The notes below the pieces were generated by a model that was not told where the DNA came from, did no database searches, and was given only the letters and a program-made list of their open reading frames with translations. A stretch of 63,997 bases of DNA, counting the filler, from Elsinoe ampelina (lineage: Eukaryota), in assembly GCA_010093995.1 (NCBI GenBank). It is 4 parts of 3 records of this genome, joined end to end, with 100 filler letters (N's around TTAATTAATTAA, not from the genome) between each part and the next. Parts side by side here need not be neighbours in the genome. Positions count along the whole stretch, not along the records: positions 1 to 28,070 come from ML992501.1; positions 28,171 to 58,606 come from ML992501.1; 2 more parts are not named here. One strand, written 5' to 3'. Positions 23,298 to 35,232 of the stretch are shown piece after piece. Within the stretch, counting starts at the first letter, position 1. Every line of letters starts with the position of its first letter. Both the position numbers and the translations under genes were made by a program.

Positions 23298-25717
23298 TCA
23301 TGATCTCCGGGCTCTCTGCCCCGCCGACGCCGCACAAGCTCTGCAGTAGAGTCCATCATCTTTGGCAGCAAATTTTCGGACTTGTGGCTCATTAGACCTC
23401 GTCATTTTTTCCTCCACGCCGATGCACCCGTCGACTAGACCTGCGTCACAATGTACATCCGCCCCTGCATTGCGAAGCAGATTTGCAGCTTGATGGACCG
23501 CTAGAGATGCTGACGAGTACTTGTTGCTTTTTTCTGCATCCCGACAGTAGACACAGCGATACTCCGAACCGACCAGCATGATACTCATCTTTGCTGGCAA
23601 CAGAAAGTAAAAGCTGATGTAGCACACTGAGCATAGAATGGGTTTGAGAAGCTCCCCAGTTGGGTCTCTCTTCGCGGCGTCCAGTTTCGCCTCTGCTTTT
23701 TTTCGCTCCAGAGCAGTCTTGTCGTCATTTAGGGCGGGCTTACGGCGCGCATGATCCCGATAGTGTTCCCGACAAGTGTAACACAGCACCTTTAACTCGT
23801 CTTTGTGCCGCTGCACAACATACCAACGCTTCTGTTTGGTTCCCTTCGGCTCCTGTTCTTCGCAACGCTGACAAATAGGATATTCGCCCTTATCACGATT
23901 GTCTCGGAGACTTTGTTGCGCTGCCAGAAGAGCGACTTCTCCCTGTGTGGGCAGTTCTTTGTGATGCTCATACCATGACCCACATCGGGTGCATAGATGG
24001 TATTGATTGTCTTTTGATAGAACGTGGGATCTCGATATGTTCCGATCCCAATAGGCCAAGGATTCTTGAATGCCGCAATTGTCACATTTGGCGTTATGAC
24101 CCTTGGTGTCGCGAACCATACCGTAGTGATCCGTACGGTCGATTTCTGCACGAGTTGGTAGAGGTTTTCCTTGTGACAGGTGCTTGTAGCAGTTCCGACA
24201 GTAGTAACCCCCAAGTGGATTCCCATTGTGTGCCAGATAGCGCTGAGCTCCACCCGTAGGCATTGCTGTCTTGGGATGTGTGTCGTGTGGACATTCCGAA
24301 TTTTGGCAGGGCTGAATCGTTTTGGCAAGCTCATTGTTGAAACCCTGACTGAGTTGAAAGGCATTGTTGGTCCCTTCCCAGAAGACTTGCGGAAATCCTG
24401 CTGTACGACGTACCTCGTCCACCATGTCGTAGATGAACTTCATGCGGAATGGGGATGACCATTCGTGACGCTCGGGGTTTTGGAAGCCATGGTCGATGAT
24501 CGTCCAGAAAGCTTCCAAGAGACGAAGAAAGCCGTCCGCGATGCCGACCGGTGGTATGCATAACTCGACAAAGCGTGCCTCAGCGTCGTTCCGATCGAAC
24601 CAGCGATAGACGCGGAACGTCTGTTTTTGCAAGCGAATGCTAGCCTCATGTGTCACCTGACGACCGTTATTCCTCGGCATAGTCGATCCATCGTGTGCGG
24701 AAAACTCAACGCCATCCATCCAGATGTTGGAGAGGAACTCGTCGAGCAAGCCATCGATTTCTCCAGACTCAGATCGGATGCCGAGAATCTTGTAGGCTAC
24801 AGGTCCGACCAGAGTACGATCCGTCCAGAAGCTGTGATCACGGTACAGCCTTGCAAGCCATTGGCGATCGAATGCCTCCGCACCATACTTCTCTTGAATG
24901 CCCGCGGGAGTAGAGCCGATGAAGAGACGGAAGAAAAAGTCTGGGTCAGTCATACCGAATAATGCCCAATAAGCGAAAGTAGCGAGCCGTTGATCTTCCG
25001 GCAGATCCCTCAAATCCTTGACAGACGTGACACGCCTGAACAGAGTCGTAATTCCCACTAAACACTTGGCTCGGAATGCGTTCACCGCTGGGTTATTGGT
25101 CTTCATATCGACGTTCGGTGGCGACTTCCAGTCCCATGTAGGTAGGTCTCTTGCGGCTTTCCAGGTCCAATTCCTGACGACTGAGGGGTGTGGTATTGTC
25201 GGGGTCATCAGAGTCTGCATGTTCCGGGACGTACTCTGCATCTTCGATGAGCTGCAGCTTATCCCTCCGTCCGTTCAGCTCAAGGCCTTCAACTCCGACT
25301 ACAGGCGCTCCAGCGTCTGACGCGTTTTTGTTGGTATCGCTGACAGAGACCGGCGACTCTGTCCCGTCCAGCAAGTCTCCGTTGCTTGTTCCGATGAGGC
25401 TGTGAGTGACTTGGTCGATGGTGAGTGTGCTGCTGGGTGAGACGAATCGCGGTCTCTTGCCGGAAGTGATGCTGTCATCCTACAGAGGGTCAATTTATGA
25501 CCGGGTCTACTTTGATAGAATGGCATACTGAAGGTCTAATCGCTTCTTCGGTGGTAGTACCAGCGGGGCTGCTCACGGACGACTGCAAAATTTGCAGCTC
25601 TGTCTGTGAATCCACTTCCTCCAAAACTGCTGCTGTCCTCTTTGACCGTCGTTTCTTCTTTCCTGTCTTGACGTGCTGCGATCGGACGCGTATCCTCCCT
25701 CCATCTGGCATGGACAT
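23298..25717 (-). CDS. Putative GIY-YIG-like endonuclease with five C2-C2 zinc-finger-like repeats; basic NLS-like N-terminus
   Basis: The 647-aa ORF (23298-25241) has VAY..HDGST..GRQVTH..LLEAFW..GTN followed by five paired Cys-knuckle repeats. An upstream exon (KTGKKKRRSKR) joins via a canonical 49-nt intron at 25480-25528. Joining to the long ORF needs a +1 shift or a 61-nt intron at 25174-25234. Confidence 0.6.
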
Positions 25718-26571
25718 GATCGCGTGATTGATGTGTACAGAATGTCGACGAAGAACAAGGTGCTGACAGCCAGCAGGAAGGAAAGGGAAGTGGACAAGAT
25801 TTCTTTCGCCAGAATGTGAACTCCAAGTTTGCTGGTTTCACCTTGTCGCGGGGCAAGCACATGTCGACCGCCGCATCACTATCATCCCGCGGCTCGGGGG
25901 CAGGACAAACGACCACACCCTCATTCGCTTTGAAAGATGCAGGCATGCCAATTTAAAAAATGTGCCGACGCGGCTATATCCAGGACGATAGGAGTGACCA
26001 GAGCAAGACAGGGCCATGGCTTTCTGGTCCACGAGTCATCCTCATCACCATCGTTAGCTCCATATTCTGAGGTCACTTCAGCTAACAGATGTGACCTACC
26101 TATCACTCCACTATTCCCTTCGCGGGCAGCTGGCGACGACGCGCAGAACGCGCTGTTGGTGTGGCGAGCGAGCATGGCCAATATCACATTGAGGGCTGTA
26201 CAGCCCACCAGTACAAGTCGCGTTCATCGCAATCCTCTTCTGGGGCGCTTTCTCTGTATGACAGCGACCAAAGATGTCACTGCTTCTCTACGGCACGTGG
26301 CACGTTGACCAGCAGCGTTGTGGCTTTCCTCCACGACCTGCGGCTAAATGGTCCTGAGGAAAATCGTCCATTCGATCCATTTCCTGAGTGCCAGAAATCG
26401 AAGCAGCAAGCTAAGCTGACAAGCTTCACAGTAAGATCAGGAGCGGTGCACAAAATATCCAGCAATCTGGAGGCTTTTGTTCGAGAGAGAAGTGCGCGTT
26501 GTGGTGGACATATGATTAGCCCGCTAACCACATTCAGTATAGCTCTGCCGCATACCGACTGCCGTAAAACT

Positions 26572-29181
26572 TGTTGTAATGGAAGGCTGGTACAGCTTCT
26601 CTGGTACAGCTTCTCTGGTACTGATGAGTCAGCGCACGCACAGTAGATAAATCGGTTATTGTAACTCTCTAAATGAAACACACGTCTCTCGATCTGATTT
26701 GCTAGTTATAACAGGTTATAAGCCCGGCGCTTCTATAAAAGCACTTAAAGCTATAGTAAATTAAGCATGTTATTATTAAAAGGATTACTAAGCCGCCTAC
26801 ACTAAATTCTAGACTAGCTATATTAAGATAAACACTTATAGTAGCCCGTATTAACCCTTTAATTAAACAGTTTAAACGGCTTAAACAAGCTAATTACATT
26901 AATTAAATTAATAGGCCTTTAGCTAATTACTATTATTATGTCTAGATTAGCAAAAATGCTCGAGACTTAGATTCTTAAGAGAGAAAGTAACTATAATACT
27001 TAAAGATTAACCCTTAAGGTAGCCCTCCTTAAAAAGAATATACTTAGATATGCAATTTATAACATTAACTAGATACTAGCAGTTATAAAGCCTAAAGAAC
27101 TAGCCCTAGATACTAGTAAAGGCACTAAGGCAATCTATAAGGTTAGGAATAAGACCTAGTATAAGAATAATAGAATTACTTATAGTATTATTATAATAAG
27201 GATTTATAAATCTATTAGACCTTACTATAGTATAACTTAGAAGACTTTAAAGGAACTTCTAGACACTATTAAAGCTATATTTAAACCTGTTGTTTTATAT
27301 AAGCTATATATAGCTATCTATAACCTTAATAAGGTAATTATAACAAGTTATAACACCTAAAGGTACTATAAAGATTTTATAAAGTACTATTATTAATATA
27401 CTATTACTATAGAGCAAAGAGTAAGCACTATTAGTACTAAACTAAATAAGTTTAAGCTCCCTCTATACTATATTAAGACTATGTTTATTATAGGAATAGA
27501 GACTACTAAATAGTTAAGGAGCTAGAGATCTAACCTTAACTATAAGAAGAGTCTTAAAGAGATAATAGACTCTCTTAGAATATAGAAGCCCCTATATAAT
27601 AGAAGAACTAATCTAAACCCTATTTATAGAGTAGCTAGTTATATTAAGGACTAATACACTTAGTATACTTATTATATCTACTCTAATATAGATTACTTTA
27701 AGTAGTACCCTAAGAAAGTACTAAAGAGTTAAAGTAAAAGGAATAACAAAGATAAGTTAAATAATAAAGGCATAAAGGCTAAAGGCAAAGGTAATAAGTT
27801 AAAGACTAAGAAAGTTAGAGGTTAAGTAGCTATTTAAGAATCTAAAGAACTTACTAAGGTAGGTAAATTAGATAAATGCTCTAACACTAATGTTAATATT
27901 ATTATACTAGTCTATAGAGTAGTAGTAGTGTCTATATTATTATCCTTAACCTATAGCAAGAATAGAGTAATTTATAACTCTAGTGTGTTAAGGCACTTTA
28001 TTAAAGACAGGTTATAGTTCTTAATAATTAAAGTATATAAAGGTGTTCTTAAATTTAAATAAGCTATTAGNNNNNNNNNNNNNNNNNNNNNNNNNNNNNN
28101 NNNNNNNNNNNNNNTTAATTAATTAANNNNNNNNNNNNNNNNNNNNNNNNNNNNNNNNNNNNNNNNNNNNATTAGTGCTATAGTAGACTACTCTACTAGT
28201 AGCACTAGAAGCTATTAAAGCAGTAGAGTAGTTAGTAGATCTAGTAAGGTTAACTTACTTAGTTAGATCCTTAACTAGAATAGAATTAGTAACTACTAGA
28301 TATACACTACAGGTACTAAAGGCCTAGACTACTATAGACCTCTAAACAGAATATAAGTTAGCATAGTTATAATAACTAATTATCCTAAGCCTAAGGAGAG
28401 TATTCTAGATTATATCGGCTAACTATTAAGTTAAAGTCTAAGTTAATTAGGCTATTAATGTTAGCTTATGCTATTAATGCTTTATAGCTACTTACTAAGA
28501 GTATTAAGATAAGTAATTAGTCTTATAGTAGTATTATAATTAACATTAGAAGTACTAGGTAACCTTAATAGAGGATTTCTCTTCTTACTACTACCTCCGC
28601 TACCTAGTAAACTACTTAGAGTACTAGCACTAGTAGTAATGCTACTAATGCCTAGCTGTTACTACACTATAGCGCTTATGTTATAAGTGTTATTAATGTA
28701 GTATAGTAAGAAGATAAAAGTGTTATATAAAAGAAAAGGCTACTACTATAAGTATAATAAAGGAAAGAGAAATTATAAAGAGGCTAGTTAGATACTTATA
28801 TCTCTTTAATTAAGACTTATAAGCTAGTCTATTTACATAAACAATAGCTGCCTAGCTATTATTAATAGTTACTATTATTGCTAGCAATTATAAGCTAAAC
28901 TAATAGTAAATTCTCACTAATAATTAGCTAACACTAACAATTATAAGTAATTATAAAGAGATAAAGTAATAAGCTAATCACTTTACTTACATGTAATAGG
29001 ATAGTTCTCTAGCTTTAGTAATCTATACTAGAGAGGGAGTGTTATAATAGAAGGCTAGTATAGCTTCTCTAGTACTAAAGAACTGGTACTGATAAGTCAG
29101 CACACGCACAGTAGATAAATTGGTTATTGTAACTCTCTGAATGAAACACACGTCTCTCGATCCGATTTGCTAGTTACAACA
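26572..29181 (+). mobile_element. RIP-inactivated Ty1/copia LTR retrotransposon with both LTRs (26572-26713, 29040-29181) and TSD AAACT; interior collapsed at an assembly gap
   Basis: AAACT flanks both ends (26567-26571, 29182-29186). PBS GGTTATAAGCCCGGCGC follows the 5' LTR and a PPT precedes the 3' LTR. Reversing RIP restores a gag zinc-knuckle-like stretch (~27660-27720) and the protease motif IYDSGASRHF (~27970-28000). Confidence 0.95.
28071..28170. other. Scaffolding gap with artificial six-frame-stop linker (N44-TTAATTAATTAA-N44); the same at 58607-58706 and 61111-61210
   Basis: An identical 100-nt pattern occurs three times, always inside repeats. Confidence 0.95.
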
Positions 29182-29787
29182 AAACTTGGCCAAATTTTGC
29201 CCACCTGATTTGCCAGCGATGCCTACCTATGGATACAGGTTCAATATCGTGCTATCAAGTCTGTAAGATTGCGGTGGTGGTCATGCCTGAGAGTAAAGCC
29301 GTCTCAGCCTCAGTTGGCGATTTACAAAGGATTGCTACCAACCTTTCGCTTGATGACTTACTGCTATCTGATCTGACGATGTCCGTTAGGAAACTTCTTG
29401 AAGCTTTGCCCACAGAACCTCGGTCGGCATCAAGCTCTTGCTTGATGTTCGGGAACGGCACACTGTGTCTCGGGAGGACTGACCCGAGCACGTACCATTC
29501 GTCTCACTGCTTCCCGTTGCCCGACAGCCCATGGCCTTCAAGCCTCCGAATATGTCTTGAAGGGTTTGTATCCTGCTTCTCGGACTCTTGACACAGATTT
29601 GATCCAAACCTCTCTTCGCGCTCCGGTTCTGATCCCACGGCACAGAAAGCACCCCAGTCCCGCACACTTTCACACCACCTCAATCACTCATGGGCACTCC
29701 TATATCACCCACCTCCACAACCCCTCTCCACCTTCACCTCCCTCCAATCTTCACACGACCACATCACCTCCATCCACCACAAGAATC

Positions 29788-30387
29788 ATGTCCACCACCC
29801 TCTCCCCCACCGCCATGGCCACGCAAGCCCAAGCGCGCATCGAGCTCGCCTCAAAGGCCCCTCTCCACCCCTCGGACGTGCTTTAACGACCACGCTAACC
29901 CATCGCAGTACAGAGATCGAGTCCGCGAGGTGATCAAGCAGGGCAAAGCCGCAAGTGCGTAAAACACCTTCATGCCCTCAGTGACACTGTGACGGCGGGT
30001 TGAGGGAGGGGGATACTACCAGCTCTGAACACATGAGTGGTAGGACTTGACTGATGCTTGACAGCCGCCCTCGAGGGTGGGGTGCTAATGAGCTGCAGCT
30101 GACGCGATGATCGCGGAGGCGATGGAGCGGTATGAGGGTGGGGTTGTGCCGCCTCCTGCGTCGAACAGAGGAGGATTGGTATTGCCGCATCAGCAGGTGT
30201 TGGGACAGCTCGAGGGGGTGGAGGAGGCGAAGAGGGAGAGGAAGATTAAGGTGAGTCTGTGCGCGGAGAGGGAAGGGGAGGGTACCGATGTTTGTAGCCT
30301 TTGCCTAAGAGGAAGAGGGCGGGGGGAGATGCTGATGAGGAGATGGCGAAGATTACGAAGAGGTTGAAGATTGGAGACCTTGCTTGA
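29788..30387 (+). CDS. Small hypothetical protein (multi-exon, basic NLS-like PLPKRKR tail)
   Basis: Splice-like signals join MSTTLSPT..., YRDRVREVIKQGK, DAMIAEAMERYEGG... and PLPKRKRAGGDADEEM...*. The first putative intron is implausibly short (31 nt), so the model is uncertain. Confidence 0.4.
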
Positions 30388-31234
30388 TTTCCGAGAGTGG
30401 TCAAGATTGAGGCAAACATTAGGCCGTAGACTCGACTCTTGAGATGCTGTGGCCAGTATGGCCATCATCTGACTGGTGCTATCGTTGTACGGGTAGTTGA
30501 TGAACCAATGATGTGGGTGTGTGAAGATACCACAGGGAGTCAGACTGATACACCGAGCGCCTATACTCGGTCGACCCGGGAACACCGAACCATCCTCCGG
30601 AGGTTGGCGAACTTCTCGCTCTGTGCATGCTAGAACAAAGCATGAAGTGAAAGAACGTTCCCGACAGGACTTGCGTGCGCTTGATGATCTTTCAAGATGG
30701 CCTCGTTCATATCTGTTTGACCCCGGCATGTTGAGGTTGGGACAATTCCCTACCAGGTAGGACAAATGAGATCACAGCCGTGCGGCTTGTGGCATTGCGT
30801 GTAATTGCAACAGTGGTGAACATCAGGGACGATCTGCGAAGCAGTCATTACGCAGGGGCATTATTCAACATACCAACTGCTATCACCTCATCAGCATTGG
30901 TCATCGGGCCTCCCATTACCTCCCTCCTTTCCCAGTCCTTTTCAGTTGCAGCCATCAGCCCTGGAAAGGAGAGCACCCTGACCAGGAGAAATGACGGGAG
31001 CCATGGCTTCTCTTTCAAGGTGGAAGAATCGTGAGAATGGCAGGCATTAGATGAGCCGAAGTTGAGACCCGGGCGGCGGGACAAAGATACGAGTATATTG
31101 CTGTGGCAAAAACGATACATCAAGTGATGCGGTCCGAAAGAAGCCTTCAATCCGATTGCGTTGTCGAGCTTCCTCCAACAAGGGCGTGACTCCAAATCCA
31201 CCTCTTACGACGATAACTTCGCAAATACTTGGTA

Positions 31235-31657
31235 TTAGTCCAGATGTGAATATGCTATCGGGCTGTTCCTATATTCCACAAGATCCGAAGCAGATGGCCA
31301 GACCTCCTTCCCGCTACCACGGCGAGACGAATCCTCCTTCTCGTCGAAGTACTTTGCTTCTTTCAGTTCGAAGTCATCCTGACCGGCAGTATATCCATGT
31401 GCAGTAACATGAACTACCCTATCCGACTGGTCACTATTCTTGAAGGCAAACGTAGCATGCCACCCATTAGGGTCTTTCTGGTGGGCGCCATTGATGGAAG
31501 TCGTGTTGTGGATGTCAGATCTTATCAGTATCTCCTTGGGATGCAATTGCTGGTCTCGAGCAGCGGCGTACGCCAAAGCAACAAGCTTGTCCTTTCTTGA
31601 CCTGGGAATAGAATTCCTTGCATAGAAGAAGTACTTGACAAGATTGACGGTAGACAT
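31235..31657 (-). CDS. 140-aa hypothetical protein with His-containing motifs (RSDIHNT, DPNGWHAT, HVTAHGY)
   Basis: Clean ORF with globular composition. A branch site and acceptor (CTAAC...TCAG) lie immediately before the ATG, implying an upstream exon. Confidence 0.65.
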   Translation of the reverse strand: MSTVNLVKYFFYARNSIPRSRKDKLVALAYAAARDQQLHPKEILIRSDIHNTTSINGAHQKDPNGWHATFAFKNSDQSDRVVHVTAHGYTAGQDDFELKEAKYFDEKEDSSRRGSGKEVWPSASDLVEYRNSPIAYSHLD

Positions 31658-32344
31658 CTGACATAGACGTTAGTATTGAGGCAACATGTGAGAGACTATG
31701 ATCTGGTAGTACTATGAAGGTATGAACTACTCAGGGGTGAGCAGTGCACGGAGCTGCTGAAAGGAGAGATGAAAATAGTGGTGAACTTCGATATTGGTCT
31801 ACACAGAGGAGGAACTCTGAAGGCGAAGGTAAGATTTGCAGGACACAATGTAGTCGTTGCACATTGGGGGAACAACTCACTTATTATATGGTGGAGAAGA
31901 GTCTCTCGAGCCGCCGGGCTTGAGATCAGTGCCGCACGCATGGTCATATGCGGGACGCTGTTGCAGCATTGATGTTGCCACGATGCATCAGAACCAAAGA
32001 ATGCTCAGCCTGGTTTGAGGTTTGCATGATAGGTAGCGACATGATTTACTTGGAACCAGGTGCCAGGGCGACTATTCGGGGTCGTTGAGCGGATGACCCA
32101 ATCAGCTTTCGTAAGTTCCCCACTCGATTCCTTTGTGAAACCGAGCAAGCGCTCGTTGTGCAACAGCACTCGACGTCCATATTGACCAGATTAGCACTCC
32201 TAATTATGCGATGCTCGTCCAATGGCTGGTAGGAGTAGGATACCCGTCTCCTTGCTCTCCTCGATCCATCGCCAAAGAGCTTTCCTGCCATGCATGGTAG
32301 ATAAAATAAAGCCGCACAATCACAGGTTCACAGTCAGTGCAACC

Positions 32345-33692
32345 ATGGCGGTCCATTCGATGCATCAAACACCCGATACGGGAAAAATTGTCTGGTACCG
32401 TTGGATTGATCATGTCGAGCGTCTCGAGATGTACAGGACGGGAGGATACCATCCTGTCATGATTGACGATGAACTCAACAACCGTTACCGGGTGGTAGAC
32501 AAACTGGGTTGGGGTGGCTACTCAGTCGTATGGCTGGCGCACGACACTTGGAATCAGCGATTCGTCGCCTTGAAAGTCTGTACGGCTAATGGGGAAGTTG
32601 CTCGAAGAGAACCACGGATCTTGCGTGACTTATCGACACACGCTCACCAAGACCTCATACCAGCAGTGCTGGACGAGTTCGTGCTCCACGGACCGAATGG
32701 TCAGCATGTCTGTTACTCTCTACCTCCTGCTCAAGGCGACCTCGGCGAGGCTTCTTTCTCTCGCCTGTTCTCGCTCGAAGTAGCACGGATTCTAGCCGCT
32801 AGATTATGCATTGCTGTCCGACATGTCCATTCAAAGGGCTACGTCCACGGCGGTGAGTTTGCAACATTAGAACGTCTTCTTCTCTTCCTGATACATTCAA
32901 GACATTCACTTGCGCAATGCGCTCTCGACACTACCTTCTTCGCTCGACCACATGACAATTTCTGCCTTTCGCGAGAAGTACGGCGAACCTGAGACCGAAC
33001 AAGTGCGACGAAGAGACGGGCAACCACTGACCGAGAACGTACCTGCAAAGGCCGTGATTCCTCTCAATCTCGGAAAACGAGCCGATCAATACACCACCAC
33101 CGACGCCGCCGGGTTGATGCTCAGCGACTTTGGCGAAGCCTTCAGACCCAGCAATGAGCAACGTTTGGGGCGCGATTGTCATGTCCCTTTACTGAAGAGA
33201 GCACCGGAGACCTTTTTCGAACCTGACGAGCCTCTTTCTTTTGGCTCAGACATCTGGAGCCTTGGCGTCGCCATCTGGGACCTGGTAGCAATGAAGACAC
33301 TCTTTGCCGAGATGGAACCGCCGGACGAGATCGTTGCCGAGCAGATCGAGGTCCTTGGCGCGGACGGCTTTCCAAAGGAATGGCAAGAGAAATTCGACTC
33401 TCCGGTCGTGTTGGGCGTAGGTGAGGGTCAAGCGTTCCCTCGCAGACCAGGAGGAGAAAGGGAGGTGTGGCCGACTCTTGAGGAAGCATTCGAATCATCC
33501 GTGCAGAATTACAGGAAGGATGAAAAAAATATCGGTCTAATAGGGGTTGAAGAGAAAGAAGCTATCCTTCGTCTATTAAGGAGGATGCTTGTCTTTAAAC
33601 CCAACGAACGGATTAGTGCCTCAGAGGTTCTCGCTTCGGAATGGATGGTCAAATGGGCGTTGCCCGAGTTGCAGCGAGCCCAACACGGGTGA
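32345..33692 (+). CDS. SRPK-like (CMGC) Ser/Thr protein kinase
   Basis: YRTGGYHPV, KLGWGGYSVVWLA, VALKV, HG|DIHLRN across an intron (~32853-32901), SDFGEA, RAPE, SDIWSLG and PNERISA. Confidence 0.92.
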
Positions 33693-33921
33693 TGCGTAGT
33701 GATCGCATGCAAGTGTGGTACCAACGAGCTCAAAGGCAGACCATCGGAGCGAATGATGGACGCTTGATACTGGGCGGTGGATACTCATGTTCGTGATGAG
33801 ACTTACGCCGGATTTTCTGGTATGGCTACATCTCGCAGGTCAGACGTCCGGAAGTCGATGTACAAGACATATATTTGATGGCATCCATACCTGCTTTAAT
33901 TGACGACTCTCCCCTTACTCA

Positions 33922-34553
33922 TCACGACTTATCCGGCACACAAAACCCCTCAAACTCCTCCCACGCCGTCTCCAAATCATCATTCACCACTACCTTGTCA
34001 TGCACCCCGGTCCTCGCAAACTCCAACTCTTTCTCCGCCTGCTTCAGCCTCTCCAGAATCGCCTCCTCCGTATCCGTGCCCCTCCCCCTCAACCTCTGCT
34101 CCAGTACCTCGACGCTCGGCGGCTGTAAGAATAGAAACCTCGCCTTCAAATGGCTATTCTTCACCTGCTTCACACCCTCCATCTCAATGTCCAGTATACA
34201 CGTCTTGCCTGTGCTGGTCACGTCATCGACGGCCGCGAAGGAGGTGCCGTACATGTTTGAGCCGAATTGGGCGTGCTCGATGAAGCCGCCTTCGGAGATT
34301 TTGGTTTGGAAGTCTTCTTTGCTGACGTAGTGGTAGTCTTTGCCGTGTTCTTCGCCGGGGCGGGGGGAGCGGGTGGTGTGTGAGACGGAGAAGCCGAAGC
34401 GGTCGGGGTATTTCTCGAGGAGGCGCTTGAGCAGGGTGGATTTGCCAGAGCCAGAGGGGCCGGAGACGACTATGGGTTGGTTTGTGGGGGCTGGGAGTGT
34501 TAGAGACGTAAAGTGATTACGGGTTGGGAGGGGAAAGACGTACTTGGTGCCAT
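33922..34553 (-). CDS. GUK1: Guanylate kinase
   Basis: [50 protein letters not shown] and [11 protein letters not shown]. One intron after the first codons. Confidence 0.96.
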
Positions 34554-35232
34554 TGTGAAGGTTCGAGGAGGAGAGAGTCGAGGTGGGTGTGGTGTCAGGG
34601 TGTGGGTTATGGCAATCAGTCTGTTGCAGATTGAGGAGGTTCTCATCAATTCATGCAAATTCGCGAGGAGTCAAACGATGCATGAGTCCATTGAGTAGTC
34701 ATTCATTGAAGAGTCATGAAGCTGTTGTAGACAAAGAGATACTTGGCGATCAAATGGTGGACCCTGCGTGCCTGCAACAGCGGGGCACGCTGCAAGGAAC
34801 ATGACCATGAAATAAATCATTGAAAGGGTAAACCTACCAGACAGAATTAGACTGTGCAGCAAATCAGCCGGACCATTCTCCATCAACCCTGTAATCGAAT
34901 AACTTGCTCATTCGTCTCGTGTCACGCTGAGGTGAGCATTCATCCGCCGCCCAAAAGTGTCCGGAAGAAGAGCACGCCATCCCCCCCGAAAGGTCCCTTT
35001 GATCCCGCCCTCGGTTTCACCGCAGTCACATCGCTTAATAAAGGCCCTGTAATCTGCCGCCACAACTACAAGCTGCAGCCCGCTCAAGAGTTGTACCAAC
35101 CCGCCACCCATCCTCCATCAAAGTCCAAGTAACGATCCCATCATCCTCACCACCGAGTCTCCCTCAATCGACCCCCAACGCGTCACCGCACCCACAGCCT
35201 CCACTCCCCACTACTCCACCAATCCAACCACA

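Noticed and set aside
26587..26621. CTGGTAC repeats with spacers as a CRISPR-like array
   Set aside because: 7-bp repeats inside a fungal LTR; no cas genes and the wrong dimensions.
28115..28126. TTAATTAATTAA palindrome repeated at three sites
   Set aside because: Always embedded in N runs of identical length; an assembly linker, not a biological motif or piggyBac TSD.
26572..29181. Apparent 2.6-kb non-autonomous mini LTR element
   Set aside because: The missing pol region coincides with the scaffold gap, so the true length is unknown.
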